Assembly (NCBI GenBank): GCA_035577025.1
Contig: DATLVU010000052.1
Coordinates: 7,303 to 71,302, forward strand
DNA length: 64,000 nt
Direction of reading: 5' to 3'
Origin: Gemmatimonadales bacterium
Lineage (GTDB): Bacteria; Gemmatimonadota; Gemmatimonadetes; Gemmatimonadales; GWC2-71-9
Both the position numbers and the translations under genes were made by a program. This document shows positions 52,661 to 64,000 of the stretch, in pieces. Under the pieces are notes generated by a model that was not told the DNA's origin, made no database searches, and saw nothing but the letters and a program-made list of their open reading frames with translations. How positions within the stretch are numbered: the first letter of the stretch is position 1; each line of letters opens with the position of its first letter.

Positions 52661-53944
52661 TCAGTTAAGCCTGGTGGTGCGCCAGAGCAGCAAGCCGGCC
52701 CCGAGGAGTAGCGCCGCCATCATGGCGGCCAGACCTACCACCCATCCCCACTGGATCGACAATGAGGGGACGCGGGCTATCACACCAAATCCAACGAACA
52801 CGGCCGTGGCGCCGGCGACGAGCGTCCAGTCGAGCCAGCTTCGACGGGTAGGCGCCGGGCCCGCGCTCTCGCCGGCGAGGGCGGCACGGACGTACGTGGG
52901 GTCGATGCCGTAGCGCGAGCCCTCACGCTCCGCGGCCTCTTGCCAGCGGCGGTGCTCGCCGCCCGTGGCGGAGGCGAGCGCGATCGCCGCCGCGCCCAGC
53001 GCCATCAGGAGCGAGCCGCCGATCACCTGGCCGAGCGTCGCTGCGGAACGGCCTCGTAGCTCCCCGAAGACGAGCAGGCCCCACGCCAGACCCCAGAGCT
53101 GATTCGTGTTCGACAGCGGAATGCCGCGGCTGATGCCGATGTACTTGGCGGCGTACTGCTGGAACAGGTCTCCCAGCACCCACACGAATCCGCCGAGCAA
53201 CAACCAGAACAGCACGTCGCGAGCGCCGCAGAGCGCCGCTAGGAGCGGGCCGACGCCGCCGCGGTCGGTGACGGCAAGCGCGGTCATCATGCCGACCTCA
53301 CCCACCGTGAAGAATGTGACGAAGGCGAGCGGGTTCATGCCCGTGAGATAGGCTTTGCGGTACGGGATGTACATCGTGCCCCACAGGGCGCCCGCCGCCA
53401 AAGCGGCCGCGACGCCGCGGGCCGCGTGTCCGCCCACCGCGCCGGCCGAGGATGCGATCGCGAGGAGGGTAGCGCCGACGCACATGAGCACGGCGCCGCC
53501 CAACACACCGAGCCGGCGCGACCAATCCGCGCCGCGCAGCTCGTTGAAGAACACCGCGCCCCACAGGATGCCGAGCAGGCTGTTCGCGTTCCACAGGGGG
53601 AACGCGATGCTGAGCCCGATGTCGCGGATCGCGAACACCGTAAGTGTGTTGGCGACGGCCCAGAGGCACCCCGCCAAGATCGCCCACACCACGAGGTGCG
53701 GCGCCTGGCGAACGTCGGCGCCGATCGCCGCGGTGCCCCTCAGCAGCGCCGGAAGGCTCCACCGCGCGAGAAAGACGCCGAGCACCATGGTCAGCGAGAT
53801 CACAACTGGCGAAAGGCCGAGCGTGACCATCTTGGTCGGCGCCTCGGCCGCGCCGAGCCAGGCGCCGGCCGCGAACCCGCTCGCGATGCCCGCGAGCTGC
53901 AGGCGCCGCAACCGCCCGGCGTCGAGTGCGACTAGCGGATCCAC
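52661..53944 (-). CDS. DMT-superfamily membrane transporter (GRP/EamA-like) with a C-terminal 2-TM extension
   Basis: About 10 TM segments with an internal duplication (FNELRGADW / FGELRGRSA). GTG 53944 is the proposed start; the ORF-track extension to 54301 overlaps the ABC ATPase gene. Confidence 0.6.
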   Translation of the reverse strand: MDPLVALDAGRLRRLQLAGIASGFAAGAWLGAAEAPTKMVTLGLSPVVISLTMVLGVFLARWSLPALLRGTAAIGADVRQAPHLVVWAILAGCLWAVANTLTVFAIRDIGLSIAFPLWNANSLLGILWGAVFFNELRGADWSRRLGVLGGAVLMCVGATLLAIASSAGAVGGHAARGVAAALAAGALWGTMYIPYRKAYLTGMNPLAFVTFFTVGEVGMMTALAVTDRGGVGPLLAALCGARDVLFWLLLGGFVWVLGDLFQQYAAKYIGISRGIPLSNTNQLWGLAWGLLVFGELRGRSAATLGQVIGGSLLMALGAAAIALASATGGEHRRWQEAAEREGSRYGIDPTYVRAALAGESAGPAPTRRSWLDWTLVAGATAVFVGFGVIARVPSLSIQWGWVVGLAAMMAALLLGAGLLLWRTTRLN

Positions 53945-54009
53945 CAGAGAACCACCAAGCCGAGGAGGAGAACGACCACGGGCACCCAGAATTGGGCGTC
54001 CCGCAGCAT
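53932..54009 (-). CDS. possible 25-aa single-TM micro-protein
   Basis: MLRDAQFWVPVVVLLLGLVVLWWIR. Its stop overlaps the proposed GTG start of the transporter. No other support. Confidence 0.25.
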   Translation of the reverse strand: MLRDAQFWVPVVVLLLGLVVLWWIR

Positions 54010-54038
54010 CGTCCCGATGCGCCCACGTGCGTCCGGCG

Positions 54039-55066
54039 TCACAACGGCTCCTCGGCGAAATGACAGGCGGCGAGCTGACCGGGCGCCACTTCGCGTAACG
54101 CGGGCGGCTCGGTGCGGCAGCGCTCGTTTTTCTTGGGATGCGGGCACCGGGGATGAAACGGACACCCCGCCGGTGGATGCACCGGTGACGGGACGTCCCC
54201 CGCGAGCACGATCCGGTCACGCTGCGCCTGCGGGTCGGGCACCGGCACGGCCGAGAGCAAGGAGGTCGTGTACGGGTGGCGTGGCGCGGCGTACAGCGCA
54301 CCGGCGGGGGCGCGCTCGACGATCTTTCCGAGATACATCACGGCGACCTGGTCGGCGATGTGCTTCACGACCGCGAGGTCGTGAGCGATGAACAGGTAGG
54401 TGAGCCCCCGTCGCTCCTGCAGCTCCACGAGCAGGTTCAGCACCTGCGCCTGCACGGACACGTCAAGCGCGCTCACCGGTTCGTCGAGCACGAGGAACTC
54501 CGGCTCGACCGACAGCGCCCGCGCGATGCCCACGCGCTGGCGTTGCCCGCCCGAAAGCTCGTGCGGGTAGCTTCGGGCCATGCCGGTGTTGAGCCCGACT
54601 TCCTCGAGCAAGGCCGCGATGCGCCGCTCGGCGTCCGCTCCAGTCGCGATATGATGAATCACCAGTGGCTCGGCCAGCATCTGGCGAATCGTCATGCGCG
54701 GGTTCAGGGAGCCATACGGGTCCTGAAACACGATCTGCATGCGGCGCCGCAGTGCCCGCAGCTCGCGCGGGGCCAGCATGAGCACGTCGATGCCGTCGAG
54801 CGTGACTCGCCCCCCATCGGGCTCGACCAACCGCAGGATCGCCCGGCCCGTCGTGGACTTTCCGCAGCCCGATTCGCCCACGAGGCCGAGCGTCTGGCCC
54901 GGCGGGATGGCGAAGGACACCCCGTCCACCGCCCGCACGACGTTGCGTGGTCGCCCGAGGCCGAGCCAGGCGCGCTCGCCCGGGAAGTGCTTCACGAGGT
55001 CGTGCACGGCCAGGAGGGCCGGGAGGATGGTGGACGCGGGGGACGCGGGGGACGCAGGCGCGTGCA

Positions 55067-55067
<1 letters not shown>
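54039..55067 (-). CDS. Opp/Dpp-type peptide ABC transporter ATP-binding protein (F-type)
   Basis: Walker [10 protein letters not shown], signature LSGGQRQR, Walker B LVLDEP, and a C-terminal oligopeptide-type Cys motif. ATG 55067 overlaps the upstream stop. Confidence 0.92.
55032..55058. repeat. nonamer tandem array (GGACGCGGG)x2 + GGACGCAGG at the 5' end of the ATPase gene
   Basis: Read directly from the sequence. It encodes (PAS)x3 at residues 4-12. Confidence 0.95.
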
Positions 55068-56118
<1,051 letters not shown>

Positions 56119-56122
<4 letters not shown>

Positions 56123-57045
56123 ACCGCCTCCTTGCGGGGGTCGAGCGCGTCGCGCAGCGCGTCGCCCACGGCGTTCAGCGCCATCACGACCAGGGAGATC
56201 GCCAGGCCGGGGAAGGTCGCGGACCAGGGCGCGACCGCCATCTTGGACCACCCGTCGGCGATCATGTTCCCCCAGCTCGGCGCTGGTGATGGCACGCCCA
56301 TGCCCAGAAATGACAGCCCGGCTTCGAGCAGCATGACGTTGCCGATGCCCAACGCCGCCGAAACGATGATCGGCGCGGCGGCGTTGGGCAACACGTGGCG
56401 GACGATCACCCGACTCGGTCTCGCACCCAGCGCCCGCGCCGCGGCCACGTACTCACGCTCGCGCAGGCTCAGGACCTCGGCGCGCACCAGCCGGCTGGTG
56501 GCGAACCAGCCCGTGAGTCCGATGACGAGCACGAGCACCGGTACCGCGATGCGGTCCCACAGCGCCACGACGACGAGCAAGGCGAAGATGCGTGGCATCG
56601 CGAGTCCAACGTCCACCAGGCGCATCAGCGCCGTGTCTACCCAGCGACGAAAGTATCCGGCCGTCGCGCCCACTGCCGCGCCGATGGTCACGGCCACGAA
56701 CATCGCGAGCGCCCCGATGCCCAACGAGATCCGGGCCCCGTGCGCGAGCCGGCTCCAGACGTCCCGGCTGAGTGGGTCGGTGCCGAGGATGTAACGCGTC
56801 GACGGCGCGTGATTCTGGAGGTGATCGACGTCGATCTGCTCGTACGGCTGGAACGGCGCCACGAGCGGCGCGGCGAGCGCCACCATGACGAAGAAGGTCA
56901 GCACGAACAACCCGGGCGCGGCGGTGGGGTGGCGGAAGAACCGCCGCCCCGACGCGCTTGCCCCCGCGCGCCGCCGGACAGCCCCGACGACGATCAACGC
57001 GAGCACCGCGGCCCCGCTGAGGGCGACCCAGTTCCAGATATTCAT
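56119..57045 (-). CDS. ABC transporter permease (OppC/DppC-like)
   Basis: 6-TM BPD-transport permease with the EAA-loop-like region [24 protein letters not shown]. Confidence 0.9.
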
Positions 57046-58022
57046 GCGCCTGCCCCGCGCACTCGGATACGCGGATCGGCGACCGCATACAACAGGTCGG
57101 CGATCAGGTTCCCGAGGACCACCATCGTGCTCGTGACGAGCGCGGCGCCCGTGACCACGTAATAGTCCCGCTGCAGGATCGCCCGTACCGCGAGCTGGCC
57201 CATGCCCGGCCAGGCGTACACCGTCTCGACGAGGACCGCGCCGGTGAGTAGGAACGGAAACGCCAGCCCGACGAGCGTGATGAACGGGAGCAGGGCGTTC
57301 CGCAGCGCGTGGACCAACAACACGCGGCGCTCCTGCAGGCCCTTGGCGCGGGCCGTGCGCACGTACTCCTGGCGAATGACTTCGAGCATGGCTGCCCGCT
57401 GGAAGCGCGCCGTTCCCGCTGCGCCGACGAGCCCAAGTGTCAGGGCGGGAAGCGTCAGGTGCCAGACGAAATCACCAAGGCACGCGGCGGAGTCGAGCCG
57501 GGGGCAGAGCACGGGGTCGGAGATTCCGCCGACCGGAAAGGCGTGCAAGCGCTGGGCGAATACGAGCAACAACACCAGCCCCAGCCAGAACGTCGGCATC
57601 GAGTTCACGAACAAGGCGATGTTGCCGAGCACGATGTCCCCGACGCTCCGCTCTCGCACCGCCTGGTAAATCCCCAGGGCGAGACCCACGGCGAAATCGA
57701 TGAGTAGGGCGGCGAGCGCGAGGACGAACGTGTTGGGAATGGCGTCCGCGAGGGCGTCGGCCACTGGGCGGCGCAGTGCGAACGACTCTCCCAGGTTGCC
57801 CGTCGCCAAGTTCCGAAGGTACAGCACGTACTGGACCCAAAGCGGTCGGTCGAGTCCGAACTGGTTCGTGATCCGAACGATCGTTTCCGGATCGACGCTT
57901 TGGCTGCTTTCCGGCAGGAATGGCGACCCGCGGGCCGCGTGAATGACGAAGAACGTGAGGGTGACGACCGCCCAGACGATGGCGATCGAGGCGGCGACGC
58001 GCCGCACCACCCACACGATCAC
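57042..58022 (-). CDS. ABC transporter permease (OppB/DppB-like)
   Basis: N-terminus IVWVVRRVAASIAIVW... and EYVRTARAKGLQERRVLLVHALRNALLP. Confidence 0.9.
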   Translation of the reverse strand: MIVWVVRRVAASIAIVWAVVTLTFFVIHAARGSPFLPESSQSVDPETIVRITNQFGLDRPLWVQYVLYLRNLATGNLGESFALRRPVADALADAIPNTFVLALAALLIDFAVGLALGIYQAVRERSVGDIVLGNIALFVNSMPTFWLGLVLLLVFAQRLHAFPVGGISDPVLCPRLDSAACLGDFVWHLTLPALTLGLVGAAGTARFQRAAMLEVIRQEYVRTARAKGLQERRVLLVHALRNALLPFITLVGLAFPFLLTGAVLVETVYAWPGMGQLAVRAILQRDYYVVTGAALVTSTMVVLGNLIADLLYAVADPRIRVRGAGA

Positions 58023-59687
58023 CTAGCGCTCCACGCGGTCTCGATCCGTCAGGCGGTCAGAGGGAACGCGCCACGAGCGCACGAGCGCCAGCCACGAGTC
58101 CGGCCGAATCGTCACGTCCGTGAAGCGCTTGCTCACGGCGGCGACGTTCTCGGTGGCGAACAGGAAAATGCCCGGTGCGTCCTGGTTCAGCATCTCGAAC
58201 GCGGACCGCCACGCCCGGCGTGCCTGATCGCGATTCGCCGCGGCGGAGACGGCGCGGTCTACGAGCTGGTCGACCTGCGGATTGAAATAGCGTCCGTAGT
58301 TCGAGCGGCCGAATCCCGCCTTGGTCCACGTCTGCGGGAAGCCAGAGGAGGGCGTGGGATCGGTGTTCCAGACGTTGAGCAATGCGTCGAACCGGCCGGC
58401 CCGGGCACGCTCGTTGAAGACGCTGAAGTCGACCTCGTCGAGCTGCACGTCCACTCCGGCCGTGCGGAACGACTCCTGCAAGAGGCGCGCGTACTGACGG
58501 CGGATAGCGCTGGTGGTCGGCACCAGCAGTCGGAACGATAGCGCGTGGCCGTCCTTGTCGCGGATCCCGTCGCCGTCGGAATCGATCCACCCGAGTCGCT
58601 TGAGTAGGCGCGCGGCTTGCGCACTGTCGTAGGGGAGCTCTCGGATCTCAGGATCCCAGATCCACCAGAGCTGCGACATGGGGCCCGGGGGCACGCGCGC
58701 GAGCTCGCCGAACACATTGTGCAGCGGCCGCTCGCGGTCCGTGGCCAGCACGAGCGCGCGCCGCAGGTCGCGGTCCGCGAACAGCGGATGCGGCTTCGTC
58801 GTGTCGCCCGGTGCGGCGAGATTGAAGCCCACGTAGCCGTAGGCCGATCCTTTGTAGGGATAGCACGCGAGTTTGGGGTCGGCGCACGCGCGTTGGACGT
58901 TGTCCGGAGTGATCAGCACCTCGATCGCGTCGGCGTCGCCGGCGAGCAGCTGGGTCACCGCGACTTGCTGGTCCGGCGTGAAGCGCCAGATGAGGCGCCG
59001 GATGTACGGCCGCCCCAGGAAAAACGTCGAGTCCGCCGCCAGCTCGATGCTTTGGCCCGCTTTCCACGCCACGAAGCGATAGGGCCCGTCGCCCACGGGA
59101 GCCCGCCCGAATGCCGTGCTCCGCCACTGGTCGCGCGGCACCTCGCGCAGCAGGTGCGAGGGCATGATGCGCATGTGGTAGACGGCGTCGTAGAACATCT
59201 CGGGGTACCGCTGCCGGAACCGGAACACCACCGTGAGCGAGTCGCGCGTGGTGACGGCCGAGATCTGGCGCAGCGATGACCGAAACGGCGAGTTCACGAG
59301 GGTGTCGGTGTACACGTCGTAGGTGAACGCGACGTCCGCCGCGGTCACGGCCTGACCGTCCTGCCAGTGTGCCCGCGGATCCAGGTGAAATACCAGCGTG
59401 GTCGGGGTGTCCCATTCCCAGCGCTCGGCGAGCTGCGGCTGGAAATCCTCGTCGCCCACCGTGTTTCCCGAGGGACCCAGGTCGGCGAGCTTGAGAAAAA
59501 TCGGCTCCGTCACGTCCCGCGTCGCCGCGAATTCACTCACTGGAGGCAGCAGGATGTCCGGCTCGCCCGCGTAGGCGATGACCAGGGTCCCGCAGTGGTC
59601 GCCCGTGCAGCCGCCGCGCCGCTCACAGCTTCCGAGCAGCGCGAGGCACGCGACGGCGGCGAAGACAGTCGGTCGAGGGGTATGCAT
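58023..59687 (-). CDS. ABC transporter substrate-binding lipoprotein, family 5 (peptide/nickel)
   Basis: Lipoprotein signal FAAVACLALLGSC. Size (about 550 aa) and position are typical of OppA/DppA. ATG 59687. Confidence 0.88.
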   Translation of the reverse strand: MHTPRPTVFAAVACLALLGSCERRGGCTGDHCGTLVIAYAGEPDILLPPVSEFAATRDVTEPIFLKLADLGPSGNTVGDEDFQPQLAERWEWDTPTTLVFHLDPRAHWQDGQAVTAADVAFTYDVYTDTLVNSPFRSSLRQISAVTTRDSLTVVFRFRQRYPEMFYDAVYHMRIMPSHLLREVPRDQWRSTAFGRAPVGDGPYRFVAWKAGQSIELAADSTFFLGRPYIRRLIWRFTPDQQVAVTQLLAGDADAIEVLITPDNVQRACADPKLACYPYKGSAYGYVGFNLAAPGDTTKPHPLFADRDLRRALVLATDRERPLHNVFGELARVPPGPMSQLWWIWDPEIRELPYDSAQAARLLKRLGWIDSDGDGIRDKDGHALSFRLLVPTTSAIRRQYARLLQESFRTAGVDVQLDEVDFSVFNERARAGRFDALLNVWNTDPTPSSGFPQTWTKAGFGRSNYGRYFNPQVDQLVDRAVSAAANRDQARRAWRSAFEMLNQDAPGIFLFATENVAAVSKRFTDVTIRPDSWLALVRSWRVPSDRLTDRDRVER

Positions 59688-59692
59688 GGCGC

Positions 59693-60400
59693 CTAAGATT
59701 TCACCAGCGCCCTGATGGAGCAAGTGAGCTCCGCGCCCCAGGTGGCAACAATGGCATTGGCCACCTCATCGAAGCTCACACGTCGTCCGAGGACGGCGGA
59801 CAACGTCGTCTCACCGCCCACCGCTGACCGCTGACGGCTCACGATGCTGACGATGTCCTGTGAGCCGTCCAACAGGATCGATCCATGTTGCAAGAAGGCG
59901 CTCCGCATCCGGACCTGCGCCGAGCCGATCAGCTTGCGGCCGGCGACGAGCACCTCGCCGCCAGTTGGAAAGGCGAAGCACGCCGCAGGATGGTGGAAGA
60001 TGGTCGAGGATGGTGGAGGATGGTGGAGGGCCAGCGTGGCGTCCACCCCAAGGGACCGAAGCGCGAGCGCGAGTCGGTCGTGGATCGCGTGGTACGCTCT
60101 CCGCAACCCGCCGAAGACGGCGATCGGGGCGGCGACGGCGTAGGTGACCTCGTCCTGGTGCCACACGGCTCGCCCACCCGTTGGCCGCCGGACGACATCG
60201 AGGCCGAGACGGGCGATCGCGGCCTGATCGTATTGGTCCGCGGGCTCGTTTCGTCCCAATGAGAGGCAGGGAGGGTCGAAGCGGTAGAGGCGGAGAAAGG
60301 CTTGGCCGGTGACGTTGGACTCCGCGAGAAGGGCCGCGTCGGAGGCCATGTTCTCCGCACCGGTTCGGCCCGTCGCCTCCTTAATCAGCCGCCAGCGCAT
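59693..60400 (-). CDS. lipoate-protein ligase A family protein (LplA/LipM-like octanoyl/lipoyl transferase)
   Basis: [50 protein letters not shown]. The start is taken at ATG 60400 (MRWRLIKE). Confidence 0.85.
   Translation of the reverse strand: MRWRLIKEATGRTGAENMASDAALLAESNVTGQAFLRLYRFDPPCLSLGRNEPADQYDQAAIARLGLDVVRRPTGGRAVWHQDEVTYAVAAPIAVFGGLRRAYHAIHDRLALALRSLGVDATLALHHPPPSSTIFHHPAACFAFPTGGEVLVAGRKLIGSAQVRMRSAFLQHGSILLDGSQDIVSIVSRQRSAVGGETTLSAVLGRRVSFDEVANAIVATWGAELTCSIRALVKS
59811..59845. repeat. degenerate heptamer array TCACCGC CCACCGC TGACCGC TGACGGC TCACGAT inside the lplA-like gene
   Basis: Read directly from the sequence. It belongs to the same TCMCCGC family as 14277 and 42664. 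Confidence 0.85.
59988..60030. repeat. decamer tandem array (GGATGGTGGA-like)x4 inside the lplA-like gene
   Basis: GGATGGTGGA AGATGGTCGA GGATGGTGGA GGATGGTGGA GGG. It encodes [13 protein letters not shown] immediately before the conserved ACFAFP motif. Confidence 0.95.
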
Positions 60401-63278
60401 ACGCCTCCATCGGCGGGCAGACACACACCAGATTCCGATCCCCGTAGGCTCCGTCCACCCGGCTCACCGACGGCCAGACCTTGTGCGCGCGGGTCCAGGC
60501 CGCCGGGAAGGCGGCGCTTTCGCGGGCGTACGGCCGGTCCCACGTGTTCGCGATCACGTCCTCCAACGTGTGCGGCGCGTTGGTGAGCACGTTGTTGCCG
60601 CGCGGCTGCTTGCCCTGCTCGACCTCCTTGATCTCCTGACGGATCGCGATCAGCGCATCACAGAAGCGGTCGAGCTCTTCCTTCGACTCGCTCTCCGTCG
60701 GCTCGATCATGAGGGTCCCCGCGACCGGGAAGGACACGGTGGGCGGGTGGAAGCCGTAATCGATGATGCGCTTGGCGATGTCCTCCACCTCGATCTCCGC
60801 GGACGTCTTGAATGGTCGACAATCGATGATGCACTCGTGCGCCACGAGGCCGTTCTGGCCGGCGTAGAGGAGCGGATAGTGTGGCGCCAGGCGCCGCGCC
60901 ACATAGTTCGCGGCGAGAATGGCGGTCTTGGTCGCCTCGACCAGTCCTTCGCGGCCCATGAGCGCGATGTACGCCCACGAGATCGGCAGGATCCACGCGC
61001 TGCCCCAGGGCGCGGCCGACACCGTCCCACACGGCTGTTCCTGGCGGAGCGGCACCACCGGGTGGTCCGGGAGGAACGGTCCGAGATGCGGGGCCGCGCA
61101 GATCGGCCCCATGCCCGGGCCGCCGCCGCCATGCGGAATGCAGAACGTCTTGTGCAGGTTCAAATGACAGATGTCGGCGCCGATGTCCGCGGGGCGCACC
61201 AGACCGACCTGGGCGTTCATGTTGGCGCCATCCATGTAGACCTGGCCGCCGTGCGCGTGCACGATCTCGCAGATCTCGCGGATGGAGGCCTCGAACACGC
61301 CGTGGGTGGATGGATACGTGACCATCAGGCCGGCGAGCGTGTCCTTATGCTGGGCCGCTTTGCTGCGCAGGTCCGCGACGTCGATGTTGCCGCGAGCATC
61401 CGACTGCACCGGCACCACCTCGAGCCCGGCCATGATGGCGCTCGCGGGATTGGTGCCGTGCGCGGAGGTGGGGATGAGGCACGTGGTCCGGTGCCCCTCG
61501 CCGCGCGAGCGGTGGTACGCGCGGATCACGAGCAGGCCTGTGAACTCGCCCTGGGCACCCGAGTTGGGTTGGAGCGAGACCTTCGGGAACCCCGTGATCT
61601 CGGCCAACATGTCCTCGAGCTGGCGGAACAACGTGCGATAGCCCGTCGCCTGCTCACGCGGGGCGAACGGGTGGAGCCGATTGAACTCCCGCCACGAGAG
61701 GGGGACCATCTCGGTCGTGGCGTTCAGCTTCATGGTGCACGAGCCGAGCGGGATCATCGCGGACGTGAGCGACAGGTCGCGCGCCTCGAGCCGCTTGATA
61801 TAGCGGAGCATCTCCGTCTCGGAGCGGTAGCGGTGGAACACGGGATGCGCGAGGTAGGAGGACGTGCGGCGCAGCGCGTCGGGGATGGACGGATCGGCCT
61901 TCGCGCCCAGGTCCTCGACCATGAACGGCAGGACTTCATTAAGAGAAAACGCCGTGACCAGGTCGGCGAGGTCGCCGAGCGTCGTGGCCTCGTCGAGAGC
62001 GACACCCACGCGCGTCGGTGAGATCACGCGCAGGTTGATGCGGCGGGCACGGGCCGCATCGAGCAGCCGCGGCAGCGCCCACGACTCGACCTCCACGCAC
62101 AGCGTGTCGAAGAACGAGGAGTGCACCACGCGATAGCCGAGCCGCCCGAGCGCCTGGGCGAGCAGGACCGCGAGCGTATGCACCCGCTCGGCGATCCGGC
62201 GTAGACCGTCGGGGCCATGGTACACGGCGTACATGCTCGCCATCACGGCGAGCAACACCTGAGCCGTGCAGATGTTGCTGGTGGCTTTCTCGCGGCGGAT
62301 ATGCTGCTCGCGGGTTTGCAGCGCCATGCGGAGGGCGGGCCGGCCCGCGGCGTCCTTCGAGACGCCGATGATGCGACCGGGCACATGCCGCTTATGCGCT
62401 TCGCGCGTGGCGAAGAAGGCCGCGTGCGGCCCGCCGTACCCCATCGGTACACCGAATCGCTGCGAGTTGCCCACGGCGATGTCCGCCCCCCACTCTCCGG
62501 GCGGCGCGAGCAGGGTGAGAGCGAGGAGGTCCGTCGCGACGGTCACGAGGGCACCGGCCGCGTGCGCCCGCTCGCAGAAGGACCGGTAGTCCTCGATTCT
62601 CCCGTCGGTCGTGGGATACTGCAGCAGCACCCCGATCACACCGGGACGGAATTCGAAGCCAGCGGGGTCCGCGACCACTGTCTGCACGCCGCGCGCTTCG
62701 GCCCGCGTCCGCACCACCGCGATCGTCTGGGGATGGCAGCCCTCCGCGATCATGAACATCGGCGTCGTGCCGGCGGGCACGTGCGCCACGGCCTCCGTAA
62801 GGTTCATGGCTTCGGCGGCGGCGGTGGCTTCATCGAGGAGGGAGGCGTTGGCGATCGGAAGGGCGGTGAGATCGGCGACCATCGTCTGGAAGTTGAGCAG
62901 GGCCTCGAGTCTGCCCTGCGCGACCTCCGGTTGGTAGGGCGTGTAGGCGGTGTACCACCCCGGGTTCTCGACGATGTTGCGTTGGATGACCTGGGGTGTG
63001 AACGAATGGTGATACCCCATCCCGATGTAGGAGCGGTAGAGCTGGTTCTGCGCCGCGAGACCCCGGAGCGCCTGGAGCACCTCGCGCTCGGTGCGGCCCG
63101 GTGGGAGCTGCAACGGACGGCCCAGCCGGATATCCGAGGGAACCACCGCGTCGATGAAGGCGTCGAGCGATTCATAACCCACCGTCGCCAGCATGCCCCG
63201 TACTTCGTCAGGGCTCGGTCCGATGTGGCGGGTGGCGAATCGGTCGGCGGGGGCGAGGGAAGCGCGTACGGTCGGCAT
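60381..63278 (-). CDS. gcvP: glycine dehydrogenase (decarboxylating), single-chain P-protein
   Basis: 965 aa, full-length. [10 protein letters not shown]-terminus and the PLP region [18 protein letters not shown]. Confidence 0.95.
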   Translation of the reverse strand: MPTVRASLAPADRFATRHIGPSPDEVRGMLATVGYESLDAFIDAVVPSDIRLGRPLQLPPGRTEREVLQALRGLAAQNQLYRSYIGMGYHHSFTPQVIQRNIVENPGWYTAYTPYQPEVAQGRLEALLNFQTMVADLTALPIANASLLDEATAAAEAMNLTEAVAHVPAGTTPMFMIAEGCHPQTIAVVRTRAEARGVQTVVADPAGFEFRPGVIGVLLQYPTTDGRIEDYRSFCERAHAAGALVTVATDLLALTLLAPPGEWGADIAVGNSQRFGVPMGYGGPHAAFFATREAHKRHVPGRIIGVSKDAAGRPALRMALQTREQHIRREKATSNICTAQVLLAVMASMYAVYHGPDGLRRIAERVHTLAVLLAQALGRLGYRVVHSSFFDTLCVEVESWALPRLLDAARARRINLRVISPTRVGVALDEATTLGDLADLVTAFSLNEVLPFMVEDLGAKADPSIPDALRRTSSYLAHPVFHRYRSETEMLRYIKRLEARDLSLTSAMIPLGSCTMKLNATTEMVPLSWREFNRLHPFAPREQATGYRTLFRQLEDMLAEITGFPKVSLQPNSGAQGEFTGLLVIRAYHRSRGEGHRTTCLIPTSAHGTNPASAIMAGLEVVPVQSDARGNIDVADLRSKAAQHKDTLAGLMVTYPSTHGVFEASIREICEIVHAHGGQVYMDGANMNAQVGLVRPADIGADICHLNLHKTFCIPHGGGGPGMGPICAAPHLGPFLPDHPVVPLRQEQPCGTVSAAPWGSAWILPISWAYIALMGREGLVEATKTAILAANYVARRLAPHYPLLYAGQNGLVAHECIIDCRPFKTSAEIEVEDIAKRIIDYGFHPPTVSFPVAGTLMIEPTESESKEELDRFCDALIAIRQEIKEVEQGKQPRGNNVLTNAPHTLEDVIANTWDRPYARESAAFPAAWTRAHKVWPSVSRVDGAYGDRNLVCVCPPMEAYALAAD

Positions 63279-63300
63279 GAGATGGATCGGTATGAGGGCG

Positions 63301-63984
63301 TCAGGAAAGAGTGTGCGACTGGCCCGGCGCGAGCACGACGACGCGTGCCCGGTCTCCTACCTGACGCTTGAATTGTTCCGGGTCGGCCTGGATCACATCC
63401 CAGGTATTGTAGTGCATGGGAATCACCGTGGCGGGCTTCACGAGCTCTACCGCCCGGACGGCATCTTCGATCCCCATCGTGTAATTGTCTCCGATCGGGA
63501 CCAGCATCACGTCGACGCGGCCCTGGAGCAGCTGCATCTCGAGCGTCAGACCCGTGTCCCCGCAATGGTAGGTGGACTTCCCACCCATGGTGACGACCGC
63601 GCCGCAGGGATTGGTGGTGAATTGGCCCGTCGCGTCTCCTTCCACTCCTCCGCCGTGAAATGCGGGCACGAGCTTCACCCGCCCGAACGGGAACTGATGC
63701 GCCCCGCCGATGTGCATGGCGTGCACGGTGGCGCCGCGTTGCCCGCAGAACCTGGCCAGCTCCGCGGTGGCGACGATCGTCGCTCCGTCGCGCTTGGCGA
63801 TGGGAATCGCGTCGCCCAGGTGGTCGCCGTGCCCGTGCGACAGCAGGACCGCGTCGACCTTCGGGAGCCGGGCGACCTGAACGTCCGCCGCCGGATTGCC
63901 GGTGAGGAACGGGTCGATCACCACGTGTCGTCCGTCCGCTTCCAGCGAGAAGCAGGCATGCCCGTGGAAGGTGAGCTTGAGCAT
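63301..63984 (-). CDS. UPF0173-type metal-dependent hydrolase (MBL fold)
   Basis: [15 protein letters not shown]... and [12 protein letters not shown]. Confidence 0.88.
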   Translation of the reverse strand: MLKLTFHGHACFSLEADGRHVVIDPFLTGNPAADVQVARLPKVDAVLLSHGHGDHLGDAIPIAKRDGATIVATAELARFCGQRGATVHAMHIGGAHQFPFGRVKLVPAFHGGGVEGDATGQFTTNPCGAVVTMGGKSTYHCGDTGLTLEMQLLQGRVDVMLVPIGDNYTMGIEDAVRAVELVKPATVIPMHYNTWDVIQADPEQFKRQVGDRARVVVLAPGQSHTLS

Positions 63985-64000
63985 CCCCGACGGCCCTATT

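Noticed and set aside
63279-63300. I looked for a glycine riboswitch upstream of gcvP and a TPP riboswitch upstream of the ThiO-like gene (36060-36137).
   Set aside because: Only 22 nt separate gcvP from the upstream gene. The 78-nt region before the oxidase gene lacks the conserved TPP-riboswitch core (CUGAGA). No other riboswitch-like conserved core was recognised.

Overview
Dense, high-G+C bacterial chromosomal segment with about 60 protein genes and no rRNA, tRNA or CRISPR that I can see. The gene content (SusC/SusD pairs, TonB-dependent receptors with carboxypeptidase-regulatory N-domains, a PorV-like barrel, LemA/TPM) suggests a Gemmatimonadota-like or related organism; this is inference only.

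Main blocks:
- Two SusC/SusD-type modules, each followed by a convergent stand-alone plug-domain gene, with a TPM/NTase/LemA cluster between them.
- The dnaE-accA-PSP1-metG operon.
- A cation antiporter plus a HExxH lipoprotein / PorV-like / aminopeptidase operon.
- gdh.
- A lipoate-centred cluster: lipA-pdhA-pdhB-E2-lpd-membrane protein-lipB.
- A hybrid histidine kinase followed by GT4, a GT2::DUF3108-like fusion and an unknown gene.
- A six-gene TonB-receptor operon ending in a C26 amidotransferase and an SCP2 protein.
- An FmdB/PspA-like/DUF1028/POT/MBL block.
- An Opp/Dpp-type peptide ABC transporter.
- An lplA-like gene, gcvP and a UPF0173 hydrolase.

The most unusual signal is at the DNA level. 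There is a family of short tandem oligonucleotide arrays, mainly GCGG(G/T)GA heptamers, often arranged as inverted arrays. They sit in-frame inside housekeeping genes (dnaE, lipB, E2, lplA-like) and in intergenic hairpins. One case is a perfect 26-bp inverted repeat bracketing the PSBD-coding segment of E2. Related inverted repeats also bound an Avd-like four-helix-bundle gene.

A RAYT (Y1 transposase) flanked by inverted REP hairpins is also present. All functional calls come from motif recognition by eye; no database search was run.
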